A stretch of DNA of 59,958 nt, filler included, from Bipalium vagum (taxonomy: Eukaryota), in NCBI GenBank assembly GCA_037834085.1. It is 3 parts of 3 records of this genome, joined end to end, with 100 filler letters (N's around TTAATTAATTAA, not from the genome) between each part and the next. Parts side by side here need not be neighbours in the genome. Positions count along the whole stretch, not along the records: positions 21,574 to 41,509 come from JBBMKC010263542.1; 2 more parts are not named here. One strand, 5' to 3'. The notes below the pieces were generated by a model, which saw nothing but the letters and a program-made list of their open reading frames with translations, was not told the origin of the DNA and did not search any database. Position 1 is the first letter of the stretch. The number at the start of each line of letters is the position of its first letter. The translations under genes and the position numbers were made by a program. Shown here one piece after another: positions 23,959 through 38,900 of this stretch.

Positions 23959-26900
23959 TCACCCGTTACCTTTTCTGATATAAACCTCCAGAAGACGAGC
24001 CTGAAAAACAATATATCAATTGACTGGAAAATTCAAAATTCTATTTCCATTTTCAAAATCAGTTTAAATTTAAGAGATACAAATTTAAAAAATGGTTCTC
24101 AAGTATGCAAAATATTTTTTACTTTGATTATAATAATAATCAATAATTACTAAAATGGTAAATATTAATTTTAAAAAATTCTGATAAAAGAATTATTAAT
24201 AATTAGGAATATAAATATATACTAATTAATAAAAAAATCAATAACACTAAAAAATTCCTAAAAATTAAATTATAATAAAAAACTAATTATGAAAAAAAAT
24301 AATAAAAATAATATTTAATTAATAGGTAAAAATTAAAACCCTAAATATTACTTTTAATTTTTTATATCGATGACGTAAATTAATAAATCTAAATTTTTTT
24401 AAAAAAAAACCAAAATTTATCAAAAAATAAAAACTCAAAGATTCATTTTAAATAATCAATACAAAAAAATTATAAATTAAGATAATAAATAAATATAAAA
24501 AAACTAAGAATAATGAAATAATCAATAAATCTTAACATTAACTAATAAAATTAATAATGAATAGTTATTAATTAATAACTCAAATAAAAATGTCAAAAAA
24601 TAATAATTATAAATTATGTGATGAAATAAATAAATCAAAACAATAAATAAATAAATTTTTACTTGTGAATTATTTAACTTTAAAAGTGTCCAAATGTCAT
24701 CACGAATAATTTTGTGCAATTCAACCATACAAAGAACTGATTCTTTTCTGACTTGACTTTCTTTATGGTTCACCACCTATTCGGAAAAAAGACCATTACC
24801 TGAGATTAATCACAAATAAAAAGGTCTTGTACTATCGATAATGCTTGACATAAACTGATCACATCAGCCTCGATTGAATTGCGATTTGAATTTTTAATAA
24901 GCTTGATCAACATTTTCAAAGCCGGCAAGCATAACTGGTTTTCCGATCCATCAGAGATGACATCGATCAGCATTTTGAGGCACACTTTACGTGGCATTGT
25001 TGACGTCAACACTCGACTACATTCTTCAGCAGCTTTGATTACAGATTTTTCCGAATCTTTGTGAGCTTCAAGAACTTTCAAAATCGTCAATTGGGTATAT
25101 TCCATAAATCGAGGAGCTTGACTTTTTGCCAATTCTTGTAAGACTCTTAACGATTGCGCTCGGATGTCGGACTGTAGGTTTAGTGAAAAGGTTAATAATT
25201 TACAATAATAAACAAAAATCAAATATTATAAATCAAAACAAAATATCATTTTTCAAATCAATAATAATAAAACTGTTATTATTGAAATTAGTAATAATAA
25301 AATAAATTAATGGAAAACATTAAAAAATGTTATTATATTTTAAATACAGCTTTACAATAGCAAAAGTCTGCAAAAATTAATTCGAAAACAAAATATAATC
25401 TCTCACATGAATCAAATAGATTGGGAGTTCAAATAACAATTTCTTAAGTGAAAAATATTGATCGAAAAGAAAATCTAAGAAATTATATTTCGAAATGTAA
25501 ACATTATGAAATGTAAAAAGTTCAAAAGGAAAACACTTACCGAAACATAGTAGAAACAGCTTATAAAGGACAATACAAAAAAATCAAGAAAACCCCAATG
25601 TGAAAATTACCCGTATCAATTCTTAAAAAATGGAAATTAATTTCTCCCTAGGGTTTTAATAAAATGATAATTAAATTTTTTCCTTTTCCCAATTTTACAA
25701 AAATTAGATAATAATTACAGAAAAATGAGGAATGTTTGTACTTAAAATGAAAGGTCAAATGTACAGATTATTTTTTATTTATTATTCCAATGTTATTATT
25801 TATATAAAGTTAGAAAAGCAACAATAATTTAAGAAAAAAATTGATTATTATTGAATTAGGTTGGAAAATATTAAAAATAAATCAAATAAAAATTCCACCC
25901 TGGAGGTTACAGCCATTTCCTAATATATGAAAATGTTTTGAATCTTAATAAATTTTAAAAGAATAACATAAAATAACACTGTAAAAATAAAAAAGATCAG
26001 AATAAATTTTTTATCAATAATCAAAATAAATTGATTAATATTAATATTATTATTATTACCAAAACCGATATCAAGATTTTCCAAAAACTTTTCGTTTTAT
26101 TACGACAGAATAATCGCAATAATACAGTCCCTAACAAAATGTACCAACTTATTACAATATCCATTGGCATTTCACTTATCGAAAAAACATTATTCTTATT
26201 CAACTAATTGTTTCGATAACAATGAAACATGAATCAATTTTTAATATTTTCTCGTCGGATTCTATTGATAGTTTAACGTTCACACGTTATTATTATTATT
26301 ATTCAGTGATTAAGAGAAAAAGAAATATTTTTATTAAATGTATATAAAAAGATCTGTAATCAAAGTATCGAGAGAAGACAAATAATATTTAGGTTCTTCT
26401 TTTCTAATTTATATTAACAAGATTTATGTCCAAAATGTCAACAGAAAATATTTTTAGTATAAATACAATGATTAAAATCGCCAATTATTTATAAATATTT
26501 GTGAACTTTAAGAAAAATCAATTTGAAATATTTATATCAATATTTTAATCAGAGTCAATAAAAATAAAGTTCAGTTCAATTTTATAATATTATATTGGAG
26601 AAATTTTTAATTTTGAACTCAAATCCCCGGGGAATAGGAAAAGCAAATCAATCTCCATGACCATTTTTTAAATAATTATGAGGAAAAAAATCCATAAAAT
26701 CAATAGTAAACAAACTTTTATTTTCTGATGTTCTAAATTAACCTAAATTGAATCAAATAAGTTCACAGTATTTTAACAAAATCAATCAAAATTAATTAAT
26801 AATAAACTCTTCAAGTAAATACCTCATTATCTCCCATGGTTTCCAGTAACAGAAAGAGTAATGTTTTAAAATGTTCATCCCAATCAGTTGGTGTATTTTC

Positions 26901-29900
26901 TCTGAACATTTTAATAAGGCGAAAGAGACATGCTTTTCTTTCTTCGTGTCTGTTAACAAAAATAATAACTCCAAGTAAATATCGATTTTTCCAAAAATAA
27001 AATTTAAACCTATCATTGTGATTTGACAATTCCTTCAAGATCTCAGACATCATATCTTCAGGAGCCAGTTCTAGTTATTTCATAAAATTATATCAATTAA
27101 ATTCACACATTGGTTTTATGATTGTCAAGCGCAAGGAAAACATGTACAATATCAAATTCTCTAGACCAAAGTCTACCTCCAAATTATGATAACGCAAAGT
27201 GAGGAGGAGAAAAACTTTAACAGAAACAACACAAGATCACATTACAATTATTATACAAAAAATCAATAATCCAATAAAATTAGAGACTTAATCAAAAAAT
27301 AAGTAATTAATATATGCAAAAAAGTTATGCGCAACAAATAAATCCCATAAAAAAATAATTGAGAACATTATTTAATGACGGGAAATACAACTTGGCAACA
27401 ATAGAAATTGATCTGAAATATCTGGGCACCAATAAATGAAAATAATTGATTCAATATATGCAGACAATTAATTCATTACTTTCACTGGATTTTAAAATTA
27501 AAATCCAGCTACAAAAGGAATTTTTTTCGAATTATTGATTAATTTAAACATGCTCTCTACAGCGGAGAAAAATAATACTTTTCCATGCAAACATACATTT
27601 TGTTATACATCGATCTTACCCGCTATTTTACGCAATGTCTGATAACCAATAACCGGTTTCAGAATTTTGGAGACATGACCTGTTTAAACATAATTATATA
27701 TAGTAAAAATGTGTAATACTTGAACTGGAATCAAGTGGTGAATACGAACAAATCCAAAAACATTACATAAAACAAAAAACAATTTTTTGTATTAAAATGG
27801 TATAGAAAACAATATCGGATAATTGTAAGAATAATCGTGGAAAAGAGGCAGAATACATTCCATCTTTGCAGCTTCCTATTTCTTTTTCAAAAATGGAAAG
27901 AAACCAAAAAAGTTCACAATAAAATTCCAAATCAATTTTATCACAAAATGTATCAATTTTTTATGGGAAATTATATTAAAAAAATATCTAAATAAACCGA
28001 ATATTTTCACATTTTCGTTACTTTAAGTATCTCAAAAATTCCATAACCAATCGAATATACAAATATTTGTAATACTTATTTTAATAAAATTTGGAAAAGA
28101 AGAAAAATATTTTTCAAAAAAATTTTACAAAAATCTGAAAATTTATTTATTTTAGCTTCTACTTTTATAAATAATAAAAATAATAAAATTAATTAATTAC
28201 TAAAATTTGTTGAAATAATATTTAAAATTAGTAATAATAATTATTATTACAATTATAAAAGGTAAGGAATATTTTTTCATTTCACATTACTTGACCAAAA
28301 AAATTAGACAAAAAATCTAAATTTTGTTTAAAAATCCCTAATGCAAAAAAATTTTCAATAAATTCTCTAAAAAACAAACGCAAAACTTTGAATTTGAATC
28401 TAAAATAAAAAATCTTTTCGATAAATAATTGAAACAGCGGATTTACAGAATTTGATTTATCCTCTCCACATAAAATTACAAAATAATAATTTAATATTAT
28501 TCAAACCAATAGCAATTATGTCCAACAAAGAAGCCGATATTACGATGTATATATAAAATCAATTGAAACAATAAAATTGTGATTATAACAAAATGATTCA
28601 AATATACGATAAAATGTGAAAAATTCTCAAATTAAATATTTTTATAGTAAATAAATTATGATCAATATATTAAACACGATATCCGGCCAATATTGTTTTG
28701 ATAAAAATTATCAATATTTTTTAACATTAATTCTCGTTTGATGATCTATTGTAATCGTTTATCGATTATTATCAGGGTTTTTTAAATAAACATCAGTGAC
28801 CAAATATCAACAAATTGGTGGCAAGGGTTTCACTGTGTCAAATGCAAAAAACAACAAGAAAAAATATTTGATTGATATTTCTCACAATCCATAATGTCAG
28901 AGACACAAACGAAACCAGAAGTATCAACTCAACGTTTTTGTAAATATATTTTCGATTATTAAAAATTCCTTTGATTTTAAAAAATTTTTTTCGATTATTA
29001 TTGGAAAATATAATATAATATATTGGAAAATAAATAATCCATGATTTCTGCCAATGCCTAATTTTATCATCATTTAATTTTATTTATATATCTTAAAAAA
29101 TCATTTAATAATTATAAAAGCTGAAATATTTTACCTGTATTATTTTGTGGTACATCTCCTCTGTTCGAATGAATGGATGTATCAATCTGAAGAGAAACGA
29201 AAAAAGTTACCGATAGAAAAGTATCTTAAAAACCAATTACCGGTCCGCTGCTATAGTATTCTGGATTGTATTTATTGTCCACATTGCTTTCGTTACTTGT
29301 TGACGGATAGAGACTCGAAGAAACATTGGAGTCTCCATTATCAATGGATAATTCAGGGTGCGAATTCTGAGGTGACAAGAACTTCTGTATATTTGTGTTA
29401 TCGTACAGGTAATTCGGAGAAAAGTTCGGAACTTGTCTTGGAGTTGGAATTTGACTTGTTTTCGTTTGATAATACGGGTTCTGACTGGCTCCTTTTTGGT
29501 ATGTTCCCTGAAACGGTCGACCGAGATATTTCATTTGGAAAATTACAATTAAACTTAATACCCAATGACTGTTCGGAATGGTTACAGATTTATTAGAATT
29601 GTTTGACAGAACAGAACTTTTATCGAAATTATCGCAATTTAACGACAAATTCTGCAGAGCTTCCGTATTGATTTTGATAAAATCCGATGCTCTATCGGAA
29701 TCGATTTTCGATTTGGGTAGCCTATGACAAAATAATCAAACACGTGCTTTCGAAAATAATTTTTTAAAATTCAATATATTAAGGATTTTTCTAAAAATAA
29801 ATTACAAAATTAATCCATGCCAAAATACACATTGACGCACAACAAAGAAATGGAAAAAATCTAAATTAGCATTCACAACATTTCTACCATCCACTAACCT

Positions 29901-32900
29901 TTTGTGAAATGAAGTTGATGATGTATTGGAATTATGAGAACCATATGTGCTATTAGAAATTGTTTTCTTAACACTATAACCCTTTGTTGTTTTATGATGG
30001 AAAGAATTGGATCTATTAAATCCACTCGATGATTTCTCAGATATTCTAGAGATGTCAACGAAATTATGTACCAAATTATTATTTTTATTAATACTTTAAG
30101 TGCTATTATTATTTTAGTAGGATAATGATCATCATTATCATTATTGTTATTATGGTACACCAAAGTGAAGTGTGTAATTGTAATTATTACTGTGATTATT
30201 ATGAAAATATTTTTACATATTATTAATTTACAACCAACTAAATGACAATTCCTCTGTGTGGTTTTGCAATAAAGTGGCACAAGTCGCAATCCATTTAAAT
30301 AATGAATGAAAAAATTAAGTAAGAATTCTTTGCTGTGATGAAATATTTGTCTTAGATTCACAAAATAATTAACAAACTTTCACTGAAAACTGCATTAGAA
30401 GAACTAATTAAAATTTCTCCATCATTTTTGCCAGTGCCTAATTTTACCAAATCATTTAATTTTGTATTATTAAGACAAACGATCATCTCTTAATTAATAT
30501 AGACTCGTTGTTTAATGATTGATTTATCTATCTAAGAAAGTCTGGTGCTATAAATTTTCTCTTCTTCAAATTCAAAAGGAAGAAAAATCACAGATACAGC
30601 CTGTAAATAAAATAGTATTTACCCTAAAATACATAAATTCTTTTTTAAAATGGTTCTGGTTAAATAGATTAATAAAGATTAATGTCCTTTTTTAAAATTT
30701 AAGGATGACCATTGCGGAGTGATTATTGGTTTTTATAAAAAAATTTCATAATTTAGAGCATAATAAAACATAAACTTCTTTTACATTGTTGGTTTTAAAA
30801 ATAATCAATATTTTTTAATATTCAAGGAGATTATTTCTGAATATAAAAATTATTTGAACAGTTTAAAATGTAAACAAATGCTGAGACGATGTGACTACAA
30901 CCACGACTTTTATGGGAATATATTGTTTTAAACAAATAATTGATAAATGAAATTAATCAATGAAATTCTGATATTTTAATAATTATCAAAAAATCTCGTC
31001 AACTCAAATATAATCAAATTCAGGCCTGTTTGATCACCATAAACTTCAGTATTAGTAAAAATTCGATATTTACCAGACACGAAAGATAGTAAATTATTAT
31101 AAAACAAATATAATGGATAACAATTAAAGTTTCCCTTAAAGTTTTTTAGATTCTAAGAAGCCACTGCATCTTATGATCTGAATATCGAAAGATATAACCG
31201 AGAGTTTCTTTTAAATAAGTCAATTAAAAGAAATGTAAGGAAAATGAGGAAAAATAGGGTGGCAATATTTGTTACTTCTGTCGGATTAAAACAGAACAGT
31301 TGATGAAAGACTCCTTTAGACAATTTATATATTTATTGAAACAATGCTGTTAAAAAAGAGGAAATATCTGGACAAAACACATAAATTGTGAATGTAATAA
31401 TCGATTTTTTGGATAAACCTTGTACACATTACCAGAAACAAAAAACTACATTTTAAAACATAAAAATTAATAATACAATAAAAATTCAAAAAATATATAA
31501 ACTAATAATAATCATAATACTAATAATTACTAAAATAATAATTATATATCAGTTTATCACTAGAAATCCATTAAAACTTATTAAAATAATTATTAAGTGT
31601 CATTTAATTGACAGAAATATTTATTTTAATATTAAAATAAATATTAAAAAATTATACCTGCTATCACCAACATCAGATGCGGTCTCTGTATGGTCTTTTG
31701 ATGTATATTGCGAGGATATGTAAGCATTTAAAATATTAGTAGCTCTATCTTGAAAGTTACTTGGTAACACTTTTAATAATCTGGAGAACTGAGCAGAATT
31801 AAGATCAAACAACTTAATTACGATATTGCTAGAGACCTAAAAATTTTAGTTTTAGCTTTGTATTAGTTAATATCAAATAACGTCACTTTACGAAGATCGG
31901 TAGATTTGGTTTCTACTGTCCAAAAGAGAATATTAGCTAATGTCGGACCAAGATCAGGACTATTAGTATCGAGGAGACTTGGTTGTGCAAATGAAAGAAT
32001 GCTTTTCATATACTCAAGAAGACAAATTCGAACTTTAATTGTAGATTCGTTGGACTTATCAGTAACAAATTTACAACAAAGCATAAACATTGGGTTTGGA
32101 CTGAAATGCTCTCTGTAATGAATGATGATGAGAAATTTCAAGTCACAATAAAAAAATTATACATCAAAAGATTGAGTATTTTCTGAACTTCCAATTTACA
32201 ACTTTTCACTCTTTCGTTTGCCTGCACCCCCAAAAGCTTTATCAACAAAGGATAAAGCCAATCAGAAAGATGACCATGACACTTATCGATAAATGCGTAC
32301 AATACAATTAAGAATCTCTTGATAACCTGATTTTTCAATATATAAATATATTTTATGGAAAGGTGTAAAATAATTATCAAAAAAAAGGAATATGAATTCT
32401 GACAAAAATAAAACAGCACAAATGAAGATAAATGATAAGAAAATGACATTAAGCAGACTTTAAATTATTTGAATCATAAGATTCAGCGTCATTATTCTAT
32501 ATGGTTCTAATGTTTATAATAAAATTATCAAAATGAATTCAATCAATCTATAAAATTGATTTTCAAAATTTTTCAAAAGTGGAATTTAAAGATATTTATA
32601 ATTTTAGTAAAAAAATTACATTAAAATATACATCACAAGAAAATAATTATTATTCTTAATTTTTAAATTAAATATATTAAACTATTAATTCTGAAAACAA
32701 TTAATGATTAAATCATCTGAAAAATATATTCTCAACAATAAAGTTATGACTCAATAATTGATGTGAATGAAATAAAAACTAATTATTTTGGAAACAGTTC
32801 AATAATAACGTTATAAAAATGTTCTTAATTCATTTCAGATTTAATTTTTATGTATAATAATAATAAAATAAATGATATATATAATATTAATAATAATAAT

Positions 32901-35900
32901 AATTGTAAAATAAATTAAACAAAATATTAATATTAACTTAATAATAATACCTTTAAAAAATATTTTTATATTTTTAATTTTATTTATATTTCTTTAACAA
33001 AAAGGAAATAGTGATCAATAACAACAATTGATTTTTGATCTGAAAAATTTTTATTTTAACTTAATAAAAAAATCGACAAAAAAACTATTTGATATTGACC
33101 AACGTGTATTCTTTTTCTTATTTTGCAAATCTCTTTTCTTTAAACATAATCAAAACCAATAAATAGTGCTATCACCACTCAAAAATGTGTGTGGTCAGAG
33201 CACTTTATCAAAATGAAGTGTAACTTTATTGGAATTGTGTTATTAATGAATGAGATCAAAATTGTTATCGATTATCAATTAATTTATCTAAAATAAACAA
33301 TTTACAAAAATCACGCATTATCTTACCGCACTTTGATTTTCTAAAAACATATCATTGAATATATTTTTCAGGGTTTGCCTTTCAGATGGTCTAAAATGGA
33401 AATTAAATATGAAAAAAATGAAATTTTAGGAAGCAAAACATTTTAAAAATCTATTTTCACAATCCATAACAAATTGGAGACATTTCAATAAGGTAAAAAT
33501 AAAGAAAATATCTCTTTGATAATTGACCACTTATCCTTTACGTCAACATAATAATTATTCAATAATGAAGAAATCAATTAGGAAAATTTACGTAACATAT
33601 TGAAAGAAAATGAATTTTTTTAATAACGAGAATGTGGTCATCTAAAACATTCCAGAGATTTGCATTCCTTTAAAATAATAATCTTTAAAAATGTAGTTAT
33701 TTAATCAAAGAATTTGAAAATTTTCTTCGAAATAGTTTAAGAATTTAGTAGGAATGTTGTTTAAAACATGAAATTATCAAAAGAAAACAACACATTTAAT
33801 GTTCTCCACCGAACTCATACGAACAAAAAAAAATATCAATCGTATTAATTCCGAGAAGGCATGGGAAGAAAATTATTGTAAGTTATTATAATTATTTTTT
33901 TAAATCTGATAAGCGTAAATTTCAATCACATATTGACTAAAGCATAAAATTTATTTTTCAGAATTTACACCGTTGACCTCGTTGACATATGAAAAAGATC
34001 ACAATGGAAAGTGGTTCTTACACAGAAACTAAATACAATACAAAAAATGAATACAAAAAATTAATGACGATAATGATGAATGAAAAGATCAAAAAATATA
34101 TTCATAATGATATCTAAATAATTCAGTTTATTATGCTTACATTGCGCATTTAAATACATTGAATCCATGCTCTTGAAATAATCAATTAACATTTGATATG
34201 ATAGAAGTGAGTTCAGTGGAAAAAATTATTATTATTATTTTTAAAAAACAAAAGAAAGTATTTTGAAATTATAAAAAAACATACTTAATATATTAATAAT
34301 TTTTATCATTTTGATAATGATATTAATAATAATAAATATTGTACATATATAATGACAATTTCACTAATAGATGAGCAAATTTTAATTAAGTTCGTCAATC
34401 GAATTAAATTAAGATGCAATCATTTAAATGGTAATAAAAATGGAATTCGATGGAATTCATTAAATTAAACAATAACAAAGATTTTAATTTAAAAAAATAA
34501 CGAAACAATTCACTCATTATTCATTCAACTGTCGTTTATCGATTATAAATAACTTTTATAAAAATATTGATTTTTTAAAAACTTTTTACTATTTAACTTT
34601 GACTAAATTTGATATATATATATATATAGTGGAACCTCTATATAACAATAGTTTGGCCGTTCCCGAGTGGTGTCGTTATAAAGAGGTTTAACTGTATAAA
34701 AGAAAAAAGACAATTTGATAATTGTAAATAAATCCCAAAAACTGAAGTTTTTTTTAAAAATCAAGAAATATTTTTATAAATAAATATTAAAGTTAATGAT
34801 TTCTTTAAAAATAAATGATAATTATAAAATCGATAATTCTGTCATTCTCAAAGTCGTTTTCAAAATTTAGAGATAGAACTTATATAAAGAATCATGGTCA
34901 CATTTTTACCAATCTATTTTACGTTTTTATTGAACCTTAATATGACGATCGCCTAAACACAAGTAACACTAGTGGAAATAACCATTGATTAGATTAACCA
35001 TTAAATAGATTAATATTTCAAAATCGATTAAAATTAATCAAACAAACTTCAAAGGAACGTCCAGAATGTATTTTTCTGTTTTACTCAATCCTCGTTTGCG
35101 TTCATTCCAATTTTTGCTATTCAATAACACAATAATGTCCTGCAAATCGAAGAAAAAAAGAAATTCACGCAACCAATAACGCAATGTGTCTTACATGAAA
35201 TGAAGGCAATTGGTCGGACACAACGGATGAAGTTTCACTGGTATTATCGTCCGACTGGTAAGGTTCGTGACTGTTTCTGCGGGTTTTTTTCAACTGAGCA
35301 CAAAATGATTTAATTTCATTAGGAAATTTTTTATAATTGATTGAAAGAAATTGACGAATTGTTTTTTTAAGAAAAATGGATTTCCATTAATTAAAGCACA
35401 GTATTTTCGGTTAGAGTTTAAATCGATTAATAGTTTCAATTGTTAAAAATAGAAAAAAATATCGATTTTTCGAAAATATTATTAAGCAAAAATATTTTAA
35501 AATATTTAAAAAGAAAATCTTACTCCCTCAACAACTTGACTTTCAAAAGCATCTTAAATGAAAAGGATGTATTAATTGGAATGATTTTGATAGTACACAC
35601 GAAAAAACCTTTATATCGTAAACTGCTGTACGTATTAGGGGAGGCTTTTTTCTGGAAATTATTTGTGTATTTGTAATCGTTTGCACCGTTTGAATAAGTA
35701 ATGTAACCAGACTTGCAGCTTGGAGATGGTTCTCGAGTGGAGGCTGTGAAACATGAAAATATCATTACTAAGAAGTTAAAGCCGTATAAATTCCATTTGG
35801 AAATGTAATTTTAAATGATGGGTAGGAATTAGAACAAACAGTAAAAAAACCAAACGCAAATTAAGAAGTTTGATTTACATGATTTGACATTATCGGAACT

Positions 35901-38900
35901 GCTCACATATCGAAGGCCAGGCTTGATGAAGCTGCTGGCTAGTTCCCAATCTCCAGTTGTTAGAACATGGATCGGATCATAATCGTCTTTATGAACTGTT
36001 TCCAACAGTAAATTAATTGACAAAATTTATTTTATCGACTTAATGTTCCAAGAATGAAAATATTTTCATCAATTTTGCCAAAAATATTATTATAAATCAA
36101 TTGTCTTGTAAAGAAAAAAATAATAAATTAAACAAATAATAATAAAGATAATTTCAATTTTTATAAGAAATAAATCAATAGAAAACTTTTAAAACTAAAT
36201 CATTGATCATGGTAATGAAAAATTTGAGAGGATCACGAGAAACTACTTATTTTATAATCGATTATTTAAAAAAATGGATTGATAAACAAAGCGATTTTCA
36301 TTTAGTCCAGAATCCAAAAAATTAAGACTTTCCATTTCAATTCATTATATAATGACAACACAGAAAAATTAATTTTCTATTTCGGCAATGTCATTTAAGA
36401 TTGAATTTCAATGTCAATCTTTGAAATAAATAAAAAATAATTCGCAAATTTTTTTAGAAAATAAGGAAAGCGAAGAGTAGTTTACAAAATGTTAATTGGT
36501 AGAAAATGTCTAATGAAAATAATCTCTTATTCAATTAATAAAAACAAAAATTAATATTTTGAAATTATAAAAATAACCTACTTAATATATTAATAATATT
36601 CTTATTAATATTTAGTAATATATTATTAAAAATATTTTTAATAATAACAAAATTTTAACGATCATCAATAAAACTTTAATAATCATTGTGCCAATAAAAA
36701 AGATTAAAAATAAATAAAATTAAAATTATTAATAAAATTATTAAAAGTTAAGAATTACGTTGTGATTGGGAAACTTTTGGATGCCTTCCTCTGGAATCAC
36801 CAGTATCAACTCTTGCACTGACAACTTTAGGCTTTGCTAAAAAGAGATAATTAACGTTTGAAAATTAGTTAGAAATTTTACAACGAACAGAGATGGCGAA
36901 AAATCGTTATAATAGTTATAATTCAGTGAACACAATTCCAAATACAACACAACATGAATAACATAACAATAATAATAAAGTGGTGATTAAAGAAATTATA
37001 GTTAATTGCAATCATCGTGTGCCACCTACCAGAACGCCATCCAAAGTTTGATTGTGGCTTAGAATAAAGGTGCTCACTAGAATTATTTGCTGAATGAAAA
37101 AAAGTACAATATTATTAATTATTTCTCTGTAGAAAACAAGAACCAATAATTTATGCATTTTCAGTCATTATTATAATTGAAAAAGTATACGAAAAAAATG
37201 TGTTGGCATCAATTATTTTGCATATGAAATCCGTCCTATTTATAACTCTGGATTGAGACAATGGGATAGACAGTTGGTGTTATTGATTTATAATGGTTTA
37301 CTTTCATCAATCTGAGTTAAGATGTATATTGAAAATCAGTGATAAAAAAATTGGAGACTGGTTCGATCTGATTATTATTTCATCCAGTTAGTACTGATGA
37401 AAGAAAGATATTATGAGAGCAAGGACAAAGAGATAGAAAACATTAAAAAAAATTAATACACCAAGGCAAAAGTAACAAGATTTTTTTTCAAGAAATATCA
37501 AGTTGTATTACAGGTTATGCGACTGCATTGTAAGATTTGTCAAGAAGAGAAAATTGTCACATAAAAAAGAATTTTTTTTCAATATTAATCTTATTCAAAG
37601 ATGAAATGAGTCGTCTTGTTCACCTACCCATGCAGGAAAGGTGTAAGCCTGTGAAGAGATTCTCTTTTTTCTTGAGGAAGAATTAATCAGAAACTTCAAC
37701 GAATTGAACGATTTTTCAAAGAACAATCGACAAACTTCAAATATATCAATAAATAATAATTAATGTGACTAGACCAATAAAAAAGGGCTACGAAAAATTA
37801 ATATTTAATAAAATATATCATAAAAAAATTGATGATATTATTGATTCATCAACGTGATTTGTGCCATATCGGTAAATACCAATGCATCTGAACTTATCAA
37901 CCCTTTATTCGCTCTAGTACAAAGTACTTTCACTCAGACATATCACAGAAAGGAATTCCATAACAAACTGGATTGCAGCACAGTGACACACTGAATTTCG
38001 TTCATAATCAATCACATCTGATAAATCTTCTTAGTAAATCATAAAAAAGAAAAAAGTACTAAATTTTTAACTAAGAAATCTAATCATATTAAAGAAAAGA
38101 AAACTTGACTATTTGTCAACTATCCTTTTCGACGAAACCCCTTCACTGATCATCAAATTAAAACACAAATATAACAAAACTGATCTGAGAAGTGTTTCGA
38201 AATTCGAAAAAACTGACTATTGGTTTCTTAGATTGGTTTTTTGTACAATACCTTAGCACAACTATTTGGATTTTAATCAATAGATGTTCAATTATGTTAT
38301 CTTTTGTTTATTGCTGATTAGTTTTTATAAAGATCAAATTGAAAAACGCTACTTTTTGGATAATATCTTGAGCAAATTTCCAAAGTTCAATGAAAAAGAG
38401 TCAAAATAGTGCCGAAGTTGATGATTGGATTTTCAGAAAAGCAAGTAACATTTAAGAAGTGACAATTTTGAAAGAAAAATGTCTGCTAGAGTGATTTTTA
38501 ATAAGTGATTGATAAATTAATAAAAGTTAATTTAATTGTCAAAATAATTGATCTCATAATTAATCGGTGGTGATGGACCTTTTATTTGATAACAACAGCT
38601 GTTGACAAAATAGTGCAATAGAAACAGAAATCAGTCTTCATGTTGTCATTAAAAAAATTCCTTGGGACACAAAACCAAACCGTTTATGTTATAAAAAAAA
38701 GAAATCAATTAGGTAAATAAGCATTTTAAGGATCTGCATTATTTTTTTCTTTTTGAAATGAAGACAAAAGTGTTTTATAGACTGATTTTCTTTTTCCGTG
38801 TTCAAAATTTAAGTTCAAAAATGACTAAATTATTAATGATACAACGTGAAAATAGAAAATAAGAATTTTATAGATAAATATTTTGATTAAATACTGAAAT

